NCBI GenBank assembly: GCA_018813065.1
Contig: JAHJCH010000354.1
Location: 1-58,965 of the forward strand
Direction of reading: 5' to 3'
Source of the DNA: Myxococcota bacterium
Lineage (GTDB): Bacteria; Myxococcota_A; Bradymonadia; UBA7976; UBA1532
Length of the DNA: 58,965 bases
Shown here: positions 50,101-58,965 of the stretch, one piece after another
How positions within the stretch are numbered: the stretch's first letter is position 1
Layout of the letters: each line of letters begins with the position of its first letter
Notes under the pieces: model-generated
The model's database searches: none
Told to the model about the DNA's origin: nothing
Seen by the model: only the letters and a program-made list of their open reading frames with translations
Translations under genes and position numbers: made by a program

Positions 50101-51872
50101 CCCGGCAGCGGCACCTCACCGCGCAAAAACTGAGGCGGATAAAAGGCCGCGCGATCCCCCACGGCCTCGCGATGACATGTCCTGTCCTCGCGCACATCGA
50201 CGGGCATCAGCGGCAGCGCGCGCACCTCAGCGACGAAGGCCGCTTGCTCCGAGGCCACATAGCCCGCCCAAAGGCGCTCAAGGAGCTGAAGGATCGGATC
50301 AACAACCACCATGCGCTGAAGATCCTCCACTGCGCGGCTCCGCGTTGGATCAGCAGCGGCGAGAGTTTGAGCGGCCTCAACGGGTGAGAGAACCGCCGCG
50401 CCGTGATCAGCCAACACGCGCGCCTCATCGAGGGCGCACCACGCTGCGGCGGGGAAGGCGCGCCGCGCGTGCGTGGCGTTGACGGGGAGCACTGTACGCA
50501 ACGCCTCGCCGATGTCGGGGCGCAGTGGGGGGAGCACGATCACCTGTGGCGCCAACAGCGCGCCGACCTCAGAGGGGACAAACGGGTACACCGCGATGGC
50601 GGCCCGGATCGCTTGATAGATCACCTCGGCCAATGGACCTTGAACCAGGCGATCCCGTGCCAGGAGCATCAACGCTTTCTTGGCGTCCAAGGCCAAGAGC
50701 GCGGGGAACAGCACCTCCACGAAAAGCCGCGCCGCCGCCCGCACCAGGAAGGCGTTATAGTCTGGGGCGCACTGCCCCTCGGTCTCTGGCACCACGCGGA
50801 CATGTTGACGCGACAGCCCCGAGGCGAACGCGCCATTGATCAAGAAGCCATAAGGCGTGCGTTCAGCCGTTGGCAAGAAGACGTGCAGCAAGGCGTCCTT
50901 GATCGGCGTAGAAGCGTCGGCCTCAACGCGCGCGGCGACGCTGACCTCGGTGATGTGTACGTCGGCCCAGGCCATGCCCTCCAACCCACCTCGGTGCGCG
51001 CCGATCTCGATGTCCCCGTCGTGCGCGACAAGATATGTCTTATGCACTGTGGAGTCTGCGTGTTGCGCCTCAAGGCGCACGCGGTACAGCCCACGCGTGC
51101 TCATAGACGTGACCCTTGACCACGGCTCGACCTCAGCATGAGTCACCCGCCGAGCGCGCACGATCAACCACGCCCGCGAGACCTCACCGATCACGATCTC
51201 AACCGCCTCTAGTTGCTTAAGGAAGAGGAGCGTCGTCTCGGGGAGGCCCTCAAGCCCTCGCTTTATCTCCGTGTAGCGCTCATGGGCATCCTCTACAGAG
51301 AAGGGGAAGAAGAAGGCGGTGGTCATGCCCAGCGCGCGCAGCTCGGCCCAGCGTGGGTGAGGCGCCTTCATCGGCCAAGGGAGCCGCATCAGCGGGGCGT
51401 ATCTTTGCTGGGTGAACCCCGCAGCCTTGAGGGCACCAAGGCTGCGGGCCTCATCGAAGCAGAAGGCATAGGAGCATGAATAGATCTCAGGCGCGCGGCT
51501 GATCTCAAGGACAGACTTAAAGCCCATGCCTTTGTGCCCGATGCTCGCGCGCCGCTTGGCGCCCTCCACCTCGCCCACCGCCTGCTTGGTCGAGGCGCTG
51601 ATCCCACAGATGCCTCGAACATCATCCTCGCTCAACGCGCGGCCGGAATTGGCGAACCACAGCCCCTCGGCGTGCAGCTCGATCCTCAGCCTGGCGGGCG
51701 CGCCAGGCGCGCTGGCATCATCCGCATTCTGGATCAGCTCATAGAGCAGCCGACCTCGGTAATTACGCGCGATCTCATCCTCTTGGCCGATGTCCTCCCT
51801 CAACCGTTGACTGCTGGTCCGATAGATATTGAGGTTCTCCGCGCGGATCTTCTCGAAGAGTGTGTCTTCCAT
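47178..51872 (-). CDS. Sacsin-like GHKL ATPase fused to C-terminal DUF3883/NO-VEIN-like nuclease domain
   Basis: YELIQNADDA, NSGRALSEDDVRGIC, IGHKGMGFKSV. C-terminal GFDLLS...AVELKS...TWNEW...YYLYLV. Confidence 0.85.
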   Translation of the reverse strand: MEDTLFEKIRAENLNIYRTSSQRLREDIGQEDEIARNYRGRLLYELIQNADDASAPGAPARLRIELHAEGLWFANSGRALSEDDVRGICGISASTKQAVGEVEGAKRRASIGHKGMGFKSVLEISRAPEIYSCSYAFCFDEARSLGALKAAGFTQQRYAPLMRLPWPMKAPHPRWAELRALGMTTAFFFPFSVEDAHERYTEIKRGLEGLPETTLLFLKQLEAVEIVIGEVSRAWLIVRARRVTHAEVEPWSRVTSMSTRGLYRVRLEAQHADSTVHKTYLVAHDGDIEIGAHRGGLEGMAWADVHITEVSVAARVEADASTPIKDALLHVFLPTAERTPYGFLINGAFASGLSRQHVRVVPETEGQCAPDYNAFLVRAAARLFVEVLFPALLALDAKKALMLLARDRLVQGPLAEVIYQAIRAAIAVYPFVPSEVGALLAPQVIVLPPLRPDIGEALRTVLPVNATHARRAFPAAAWCALDEARVLADHGAAVLSPVEAAQTLAAADPTRSRAVEDLQRMVVVDPILQLLERLWAGYVASEQAAFVAEVRALPLMPVDVREDRTCHREAVGDRAAFYPPQFLRGEVPLPGLCFLSQAVCWGKLSRQERQETLKAEMVAWQGLFGLQDFKFPEVMRASVLPSMAWDQAHQRARFHDIAQLAAVCQLSGKTGQGERLPFERLGNQRALFALARLEVPCRAPDGGVQWVAAYRAYFGEDWIGDQSVEVLLRACQEAGQPSPDVPFILGPTAFSGYLARYASLDDQAQATDEETLDVDEVGLDEDEDAALPADERERWRTFFSWLGVNAHLRAVHFQDVEDHNTGWLRTEGFIKPRGWIFQALPDAVWDAWRATLIDSLDAKAIKDLHERRRWLYGIHHLEHLDVLLAAAAADAQGGVGRALYQHLQAHWPSLQPVARAVVALTKGHSPGRRKPPRAYTNETVSLCDNLWLWRLKEAAFCPTKHGPRRASQAWRPSRELDRRFKQTGPLLPVLEIDDPSGFAARLGVRAELTPSTFTLDDAEVWLRQLEIVSQNAPDVRAARRLLSTGCRHLMELLVGHQPEVKRAEARLPTLFGENLVWRPAHQVFFAEQRGAGEGFDVPIFILEGDAHAKKPLQACFGVRLLEAALERSPTPEAPALLGAELDLFRKAIEACGPALLARLGVERQEERQASLDAHRLAAFLQGVEPVKALMLTTKLDGQLIGAANVPVGVYVDRDHPSHAFVRWSSQAWPPVEEDAERLAEALAVLFGAPRYESFLTLIKARDEAARLRILRRAGASADLEEYQRRLHGDDDLWVEPAPAPKTAGPAPLTSPSPQASPAQALAPTPADTPEAPCHPLWPAASLSVLGCPVRIMSPSAQHTVEGAASVQMREGGTHGYATHRTDLTALDQLGMSVAMSFEQARLARAGGGRVFDVSHPDHIKAAWGALRGVFERELRGVSEAWPGFDLLSLDASGRLDRAVELKSSGIAARRQACTWNEWKSAGDPSLRGRYYLYLVGNLRSDLSEQAPFIRTVRDPFGQLHADVQVNTRVERKVYLRVADLQEAEEERLQIIPDAQRSASSAQRP

Positions 51873-52028
51873 GCTCTGCCCCTTCGCGACATGAGAGTGT
51901 TGTTCGCCGTTGTCGCCGAATACGACATCACGCTTCAAAGATCAAAGGAGCACGTGGGTGCCACCTGCTCAGTGGGGTGCCACCTGCTCAGTGGCTCAGG
52001 GGGCGCCTGCGCGCCTTTGGATTGAGCC

Positions 52029-53090
52029 TCAGCGCCTCATGTACGCCTTGAGCTCCTCGATCGCGGGGGTCAGCCGTGTGGTGAGGATCTCCCTCAGCTT
52101 AGGGTTGTCTCGTCGCTGATCGAGCCAAGAGAGGATCATCAGCCTCCGCACCATCATAAAGTCCTCGATGACGTCCACCTGCGCCTGTGGGAAGGGGCGC
52201 ACGCCGCGATAGCCCTGCAACCACGCCTGGAGAAGCTCGGCCCTCTCGGGCGCGCGCCAATCGTGTTGGAGGCAGACGCAGGCGTCATAGGCGTGCCACG
52301 AGAAGGCGGCGTCATCGAAGTCGATCGCGCGCGCGACGCCCCCCTTCATCAGCACGTTGCCGGTGTGGAGATCGGCGTGGACGAGCCCGAAGCGATCTGG
52401 CCCCTTGCCGAAGGCGACGAGCTTCTGTTGGAGCGCGTCGGCGGCCTCGGTGACGAGGCGCCGTTGAGGGGGCGTCAGGGCCTCGATCTGGCGCGGATCG
52501 CCCCAGATGGCTTCGGCGCCCAAGAGCCCCTCCTCGTCGAGGCGGTGTCGCGTGAAGCCCTCGGGCGGGGTCCACGCTGCGGCGTGCGCGTGGAGCCGCG
52601 CGCAGAGCGCCCCGATGGCGTGGAAGTCGCTCTGCGTGCGGCGCTTTTTCTGGAATCGCGCACCATCAATCCACTCAAACAACACCACGTGGCGCGGCTC
52701 GGGGACCCCCTCGACGGTGATCGTCTGGACGCGCTCACCGTCGAGGCCGACGCGGGGGCGTGGGACGTGGAGATCGGTGTCTCGCGCGAGGGCGTCCAGC
52801 CAGTCCATCTCGGATCGGATGTTGGCCTCGGGTTGGTAGCCGGGCCGGTGGACGCGGATGACGTAGCGCCCGGTGGGGGCGCGCGCCTCGAAGGTGGTGT
52901 TCTCACCGTGGAAGAGCAGCCTCGGGCGCGAGGCGTCGGTGAGGCCGAACCGCGCCAGGGCCTCTCGCGCCATCGCGCCGAGGCGCCGGGCTTGGCCTCT
53001 GTATGTCAACTCAAGGTAGGGCTTTCGGGGCATCGGGGGGGCTCCGGGGAGGTCTCTCGCGGCGAGCCTACTCTGCACGGTGGTCGTCAT
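52029..53090 (-). CDS. Phosphotransferase (APH/type II homoserine kinase family)
   Basis: GENTTF, YVIRVHRPGY, GLVHADLHTGNVL, IDFDD. Confidence 0.88.
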   Translation of the reverse strand: MTTTVQSRLAARDLPGAPPMPRKPYLELTYRGQARRLGAMAREALARFGLTDASRPRLLFHGENTTFEARAPTGRYVIRVHRPGYQPEANIRSEMDWLDALARDTDLHVPRPRVGLDGERVQTITVEGVPEPRHVVLFEWIDGARFQKKRRTQSDFHAIGALCARLHAHAAAWTPPEGFTRHRLDEEGLLGAEAIWGDPRQIEALTPPQRRLVTEAADALQQKLVAFGKGPDRFGLVHADLHTGNVLMKGGVARAIDFDDAAFSWHAYDACVCLQHDWRAPERAELLQAWLQGYRGVRPFPQAQVDVIEDFMMVRRLMILSWLDQRRDNPKLREILTTRLTPAIEELKAYMRR

Positions 53091-53229
53091 ACAGGGTCAC
53101 GGCGTGTCAGATCAGGGGCCGTCATCGCGATGGCCGGGAGGACATCGTGAGCGCCAACCGGAGCACGCGGTTGACACCTTCCACCTGGCGCTGTGACCCT
53201 CCTGGTGGACTCCAATAAGGTCTCTTGCG

Positions 53230-55207
53230 TCAGGGGCGCCACCTCAAGATGGCGCCCCCCTCACCCACGACCCAGAAGGCGCTCGTCGAGCCACCCCAGA
53301 CATCATGGAGATCGTTGCGAGTCCCCGACTCGATCTGCGGTGACCACACCCCAAAGCGCCGCCCACGCAGCAACCCCACCTCCCCCGACGCCCACGCGGT
53401 GCCCTTGGCAGACACCCAGATGCCCCTGAAGCGCCCCCCTCGGTACACCTCACGCCACTCCGCGCCGTCCCAGCGCCTCACGTCCCCCTCGCCCGCCGCG
53501 TAGACCTCGTCGATGGAGAGGCCGTGGAGGCCGTAGGTGCCCCCCGAGGCCCCCGCGAGCCGCGCCCACTCGCCGTCGAGGACGTGCGCGAGGGTGCCCC
53601 CGTCGGTGCCTAACCAGAGATCCCCCCACGAGGCGCCCCATAGCGAGGCGCCGCCCGCCAAGATGAAGCCCGCCTCGGCTTCGGTCCACGCCTCCCCATC
53701 CCAGCGCCAGAGCGCGCGCTCCGTGAGCATCCAAGCGTCATCAAGGGAGACCCCCCACGCGTCGACCGCGCCCTCGGGGCGCTCCCCTTCGAAGGGCCGC
53801 CAGGCTTCACCATCGAAGTGGAGGAGCGCGCCCCCGCCGACCCAGATGTCTTGTGGGCTCGAGCCCCAGATCGCGCGCAGCGATGGGGCCCCCTCCACCT
53901 CGACGGCGCTCCATCGCTGCCCCTCGCGCCGCAGCAGCGCGCCCCCGTCACCGACCGCCCAGGCCGCCTCGTCGTCGAACCCCCAGATCCCACGGAGCGT
54001 CCCTCCTCTGGCCGCGTCGTGGCTGATCTCTTCGAGGGCGCCTCTACGGGCTCGGAGGATCGCGCCGCGCGCGCCCACGAGCCAGACATCGCCGCTGGGG
54101 AGCGCCCCCGCCCCCGAGAGCCACGCGGCGCCTTGCTCCGCGGCGCGGAGGGTGGACCACGCCTCGGTGCCCGCGTCGTAGCGCGCGACGACCCCCCTGC
54201 TCCCCACGGCGATCGCGCTGCCATCGGGGGTGACCTCGACGCCTGACAGCTCGAGCCCCGAGTCCGATCGCTCTGCGAGCCACGCCCCCCCGTCGAACCT
54301 CCAAGCGACGCCATCCCGCCCCACGGTGATCACGTGATCCGGGGCGCTCCCCGCGATCCCCGTCAGCATGAACCCGCCGAGACCATCACTCTGACCGTGA
54401 TCGTGGAGCGACCACGCCTCGCCGTCGAAGTGGGCGATGAACCAACGGGTGACGCAGGGGCTGCAGGTGTCGATGCCGCCGACGGCCCAGACATCATCGG
54501 GGCCCGAGCCCCAGATGTCGTGGACGGTGCCCCGTCCAGGGAAGGGCACGGGGGTCCAGGTCTCTCCGTCGAAGCGACGCATCGCGCCCTCATCGCCCCC
54601 CACCCAGATGTTGTTGGGGTCGCTGCCCCAGATCGCGCGGAGGGCCTCGGCGAAGCTCTCGCCCGCCTGGCCGCTCCACGAGGCGCCATCGTAGTGGAGC
54701 AGCGCCCCGCCCGCGCCGCTCACCCAGACGTCATCGGGGCCGCTGCCCCAGATCCCGAAGAGGTGCTCTCGGGAGCCCGTGTCGAGGGCGCTCCACGCCT
54801 CCCCATCCCACCGCAGCACAGTCCCCACGTCCCCGACCGCCCACACGTCATCGTCGGCGAAGGCGTGGATCCCGGAGAGCCAATTACCCTGCGGGAGCGG
54901 GTTCTCCCAACACCAGCCGTCCACGCTACAGATCCCCTCGGCGGTGCAGCCTGGATCGTCAGCGTCTACGGCGCCGTCGCAGTCGTTGTCGAGGCCATCG
55001 AAGCACCTCGCGGTGCCCTCGAAGGCGAAGGGGTGGATCTCGGCGGAGGTGTCGTCGCAGTCACCGCCGCCGCTGCAGGAGGCGTCAGTGAAGCCATCCC
55101 CGTCCGCGTCCTCGTCGCATGGCAGGCAATCCTCGTCGGCGTCGTCGACGAGGCCGTCGCAGTCATCATCTTGGCCGTTGTCGCTGGCTGTGGAGGTGTC
55201 ACCCATG
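53230..55207 (-). CDS. MopE-like repeat plus WGS-repeat beta-propeller protein, probably 5'-truncated
   Basis: DDDCDGLVD, DADGDGF, DCDD...IHP, DGLDNDCDGAVD, then many IWGSxPxDVW(A/V)G repeats. No signal peptide. Confidence 0.78.
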
Positions 55208-55387
55208 TGCTCTTTTGAGCTTTGATGTTTATGTTTGATTGGCTCCTGGCCAGTGGACGAGGCCCGCACCTCATCAACCAGCAATCACGGTGACCGAGAC
55301 CCTCCTTTGGGCAAAGCCCACAAGGATCTAGCGCCGCGCCTCCAGAGCGGTTAGGTCTGGGGTCTTTAAGACGCCCACAAAGAAGCC

Positions 55388-56245
55388 ATGCGCTCGCTCA
55401 TCGCCCCGACCCTCCTCCTCAACGCCTCGCTGCTGCTCGCCTGCGGCGCGGCCGCCCCTCAAGCCCAAAGTCGAGAGGTGAAGCTCACCCTCGATGGCGC
55501 GCGCTTTCAAGATCCCGCCGCCTTGGAGGCCTATTGGGCCAAGATCCGCGAGGTGGCCGCCTCTGAGGGCCTGGAGATCAAGGGCGCCGCCCAACCCTTT
55601 AAGATCCAGCGCCGCAGCGTGGCCTTTATCGACACCGCCGACGGCGCCCTGCGCCGCGCGGGCTATGCGCTGCGCCGCCGAGTTCAGTACGACGCGGGCG
55701 GCGCCCTCAAGGCCAAGGCCGAATATACCCTCAAGCGGCGCGGCGCGGCGCTGGCAGAGGTCATCGCCGCCCCCTTGGAGGCCGAGGGCCAGGCCAAGAC
55801 CAAGATCGAAGAGGATGTCATCTGGGTCGAGGGGGCCGCTCAGGTCGTCTATAGCCGCAGCGTTAAGGCCAAGACCAAGCGCCGACCCCCCATGACCCTC
55901 ATGGGCTTCGCCGCGCTCTTTCCCAGCCTGAGCCAGATGGCCTTGCCCCCCCAGACGCCCTTGCAGATCGTGCGCGATCGCTTTATCGAGGAGATCAAGA
56001 TCACCCCCGGCACCCTGCGCCTTAAAAACGGGCAGCGCGCGCCGCTGAGTTTGAGCGTTTGGCGCCTCCAAGGCGGGGGAGCCACGCCGATCATCGCCGA
56101 GATCTCCTTTGATCACCCGCTCGACACCGACGCCGAGGCCAGCCGCGCCTCGGGGCTGGCCTTCCTCAAGGCCCTTTATGCTGCCTCAGAGGGCTGGAGA
56201 TCCGTCGGTGAAACCAAGACCATGCGCGTTTATGATGCAGATTGA
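55388..56245 (+). CDS. Lipoprotein with CYTH-like (triphosphate tunnel) domain
   Basis: LLLAC lipobox, SREVKL, FIDTADGALRRAGYALRRR, YTLKRR, KIEED, EISF. Confidence 0.7.
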   Translation: MRSLIAPTLLLNASLLLACGAAAPQAQSREVKLTLDGARFQDPAALEAYWAKIREVAASEGLEIKGAAQPFKIQRRSVAFIDTADGALRRAGYALRRRVQYDAGGALKAKAEYTLKRRGAALAEVIAAPLEAEGQAKTKIEEDVIWVEGAAQVVYSRSVKAKTKRRPPMTLMGFAALFPSLSQMALPPQTPLQIVRDRFIEEIKITPGTLRLKNGQRAPLSLSVWRLQGGGATPIIAEISFDHPLDTDAEASRASGLAFLKALYAASEGWRSVGETKTMRVYDAD

Positions 56246-56260
56246 GGAATAGGCTGATTT

Positions 56261-57352
56261 ATGTTTAGGTTCATCTCTCTTTTGTTGCCCCTCATCATCG
56301 CTTTTCCCGCCCTTGGCGCCTTTAAGATAGAGGATGATGCGGGCGAGATCGAGGTCAGCGGTCGTGTTCAAGCCGGATATAACTACCGGTTTTTACAAGA
56401 TGATGATGAGGATCAAAGCAAAAATCGCGTTCGCTTTAAGCAGGCGCGTTTTGGGGTCAAGGGCGATCTTTATGATGACTATACAATTGACCTGGAGTTT
56501 GACCTCGTTGGTCATGGTGGTTATCCCAAACCGACTTCGATTTGGACCGAGTGGCGCCCCAACTCGCGCTTCTCTGCCCGGATCGGGCAGTTTAAAACCC
56601 CGCTCTCCGCGCATCGCCTCGTCAGCGGCCGCGATCTGCTCTTTATCAACCGCCCGCGCGTGGCCGATGACCTGGTGCCAGGCCGCGATATCGGCGCGCA
56701 GATCGATCTGAAGCTCAAGCTCGGCGAGGCGGGGCGCGTGGTGGCGCAGCTCGGCGCCTTTAATCATCAGGGCGCCAACACCACCGAGGACGACGCCAAG
56801 GGTACCCCGCTGCTGATCGGGCGCTTGGAGCTGAGCCCCTGGGGCGCGCTCAAGGGCGGCGAGGGCGGCGTGGGGCCGCGCCGCTTGGCGCTGCGCCTGG
56901 GGCTGTCGGCGGGCTGGTCCGATGATGCCTCTGGCGGCGGCGCCGATGAACCGTTGCTTGATCCGCTGCACAGCATCAACGGTCAAAAGGCCATCTACAG
57001 CGCCGATCTGGCCCTCAAGGTCGCGGGGTTGTTCTTTTCGGCGGAGCTGACCTCCGCGCGCTACGCCCCCGATGAGGGCGCCGCCTACTTCGCGGCGGGC
57101 TACCTCGTTCAGCTCAGCTATTACATTCAGGCGATTCACCTAGAGCCCGCCCTGCGCTTCGATGATCTCAACCCCTCCGATGCCGTGGCGGGGGATCGCG
57201 AGCGCACGCTGACGATGGGGCTTAACCTTTATCCCAACGGGCGGCATGAGCTGAAGATGATGCTCGACTATACCCATCACCTCGCGGATGGGGGCGATGA
57301 GGCTTGGCGCGAGGATGAGGTGATGCTGCTGTGTCAGCTCGCCTTTCGTTGA
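56261..57352 (+). CDS. Phosphate-selective porin OprO/OprP-like
   Basis: Signal peptide, GRVQ, RFKQARFGVKG, RIGQFKTPLS, GRDIGAQ, near-terminal Phe. Confidence 0.8.
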   Translation: MFRFISLLLPLIIAFPALGAFKIEDDAGEIEVSGRVQAGYNYRFLQDDDEDQSKNRVRFKQARFGVKGDLYDDYTIDLEFDLVGHGGYPKPTSIWTEWRPNSRFSARIGQFKTPLSAHRLVSGRDLLFINRPRVADDLVPGRDIGAQIDLKLKLGEAGRVVAQLGAFNHQGANTTEDDAKGTPLLIGRLELSPWGALKGGEGGVGPRRLALRLGLSAGWSDDASGGGADEPLLDPLHSINGQKAIYSADLALKVAGLFFSAELTSARYAPDEGAAYFAAGYLVQLSYYIQAIHLEPALRFDDLNPSDAVAGDRERTLTMGLNLYPNGRHELKMMLDYTHHLADGGDEAWREDEVMLLCQLAFR

Positions 57353-57392
57353 TCCCTTTCGTTGATCAGAGAGTCACGATCAGAGAGTCACG

Positions 57393-58928
57393 ATGACACA
57401 CACGCAAGCTGATCTCCTCGATATGAGCCAGATTAAGCTCTCGGATATCCGCCCCAAGAAGCGGACGACCACCGAGCGCTGGTTGAAATATCTGGGTTTT
57501 CCCCTGGGCATCGCCGCCTTCTTGGCGATCTATTATATGAGCCCCATCGAAGGGCTGACTTTTGCCGGTCAGGTCTGCCTTGGCGCCTTCGCCCTGGCCT
57601 TGATCTGGTGGACGACCGAGCCCATCCCCACGCATGTCACTTCGCTGATCCTCATCGCCACCTTGGTGCTCTTCCACGGCTGGGGGGAGAAGGAGGCGCT
57701 GGGTGTGCTGGGGATGAATGTCATTTGGCTCAATATCATGGCTTTTATCCTCAGCTCTATGTTGGTGAAGACCAACCTGGCGCGGCGGCTGTCGCTGTGG
57801 CTGATGGTGGCCTTTGGCAAGAGCGCCTCGCGGATGTTGTTCGCTTTCCTGCTCTTGCAGCTCTTCCTCGCCGCCCTGATCCCCGCCACCGCCGCCCGCG
57901 CGGTGATGACATTGCCGATCATGATGGTGGTCGCCGCCATCTATGGCTCAACGCCCGATAAGCCCGGCAACTTTGGCCGCGCGCTGTTTCTGCACAACCT
58001 CCACGGCATCAACACCGGCTCGGCGGCCTATATCACCGGCAGCACCGCCAACCTGATCGCCGCCGCCTTTATCCTCAGCATGGCCGGGGAGGAGATCTTC
58101 TATACGGATTGGCTCTTCGCCAATATGCCCATCGTCGCCTTGGCCCTGCTGGCCTCTTGGTGGGGCAGCCATAAGCTGATCTTTCGCCTTAAGCCCGAGG
58201 AGCGCGCCCCTCAGCTGGAGGGCGGCCTGGCCCGATTGCGCGCCGAGCGCGATAAGCTGGGGCCGTTGCGCGCCGATGAGTACCGCACCATCGCCATTTT
58301 TGCCCTCGTCCTGTTTTTGTGGATGACCGACAAGCTCCATACGCAGTGGTTCGGCTTTCAGATCAGCGCCGTGATGGCCGCCGCCCTCGGCGCCATCATC
58401 GCCTTGCTGCCCCGCGTCGGCGTCATCAACTGGAACGAGGCCGATATCCCCTGGCACCTGATGATTTTTTCCTGCGGCGCCTACGCCGGGGGGCTCTCTC
58501 TGCGCGACAGCGGCGCGGCGCGGGTGATGGTGGGCAAGGTCTTTGAGGGTTTGGGCATCACCGCCGAGTTCGGCTTCTGGCGGGTCTATGTGATCATCAT
58601 CCTCCTCAATATGTTTTCGCATATGGTCTTCACCTCAAAGACCATGCGCACCCTGATCTTCATCCCCTTCGTCATCACCGTGGCCCAAACCCTGGGTTAT
58701 CCGCCCCTGGCCCTCGCTTTGCCCGCCGCTTTTACGATTGATTGGGTTAATACGGTGCCGATCAACGCCAAGCCCAACGTGATCCTCTTTACTACCGGTC
58801 AGTATTCCGTGATCGACAGCCTCAAGGCGGGCCTCTATATCACGGTGATCGGCAGTATTCTTTATATTATCGCTGGCTTTACCTGGTTCCGTTGGCTCGG
58901 GATCATGGACGGTGTGGAGGGCTTATGA
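57393..58928 (+). CDS. SLC13/DASS family anion transporter
   Basis: WWTTEPIP, LIPATAAR, TGSTANLIA, INAKPNVI. Many TM helices. Confidence 0.9.
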   Translation: MTHTQADLLDMSQIKLSDIRPKKRTTTERWLKYLGFPLGIAAFLAIYYMSPIEGLTFAGQVCLGAFALALIWWTTEPIPTHVTSLILIATLVLFHGWGEKEALGVLGMNVIWLNIMAFILSSMLVKTNLARRLSLWLMVAFGKSASRMLFAFLLLQLFLAALIPATAARAVMTLPIMMVVAAIYGSTPDKPGNFGRALFLHNLHGINTGSAAYITGSTANLIAAAFILSMAGEEIFYTDWLFANMPIVALALLASWWGSHKLIFRLKPEERAPQLEGGLARLRAERDKLGPLRADEYRTIAIFALVLFLWMTDKLHTQWFGFQISAVMAAALGAIIALLPRVGVINWNEADIPWHLMIFSCGAYAGGLSLRDSGAARVMVGKVFEGLGITAEFGFWRVYVIIILLNMFSHMVFTSKTMRTLIFIPFVITVAQTLGYPPLALALPAAFTIDWVNTVPINAKPNVILFTTGQYSVIDSLKAGLYITVIGSILYIIAGFTWFRWLGIMDGVEGL

Positions 58929-58965
58929 TGCTCAACGCGCTCTTGGTCTTGGCGCTGGGCGCGCC
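58925..58965 (+). CDS. Start of next gene, cut by window edge (signal-peptide-like)
   Basis: ATGA overlap with the transporter stop. Translates MMLNALLVLALGA. Confidence 0.5.
   Translation, partial: MMLNALLVLALGA

Overview
High-GC bacterial window. Ser/Thr kinase, PEGA, MopE-like and LRR genes suggest a Myxococcota/Deltaproteobacteria-like host (inference). The left edge holds the end of a CRISPR array (37-bp repeat) whose last repeat is cut by an AT-rich truncated IS remnant bracketed by 84-bp direct repeats. Housekeeping blocks: def-fmt-rsmB-rpe-tRNA-Pro, rpsO-pnp-dut, a HelD-like helicase, aspS, glpAB, a GT2/deacetylase/LysM-transglycosylase cluster, queG and lnt. The strongest candidate for an undescribed system is a five-gene cluster at 16852-26375: a UPF1/DNA2-like SF1 helicase with a long helical insert and an apparent S4-like insert, a wHTH plus degenerate PLD-like protein, a coiled-coil/DUF2997-like protein, a single-module ClpB-type ATPase and an orphan NrdG-like radical SAM protein. 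It lies behind a sensor-less sigma-54 activator and carries a repeated ECF-like promoter motif. Other accessory items are a sacsin-like GHKL/NO-VEIN protein, a kinase with a pseudo-receiver inserted in its catalytic domain, a 42/43-bp tandem array and a CYTH-porin-DASS operon. All calls come from manual motif reading. No database search was run.
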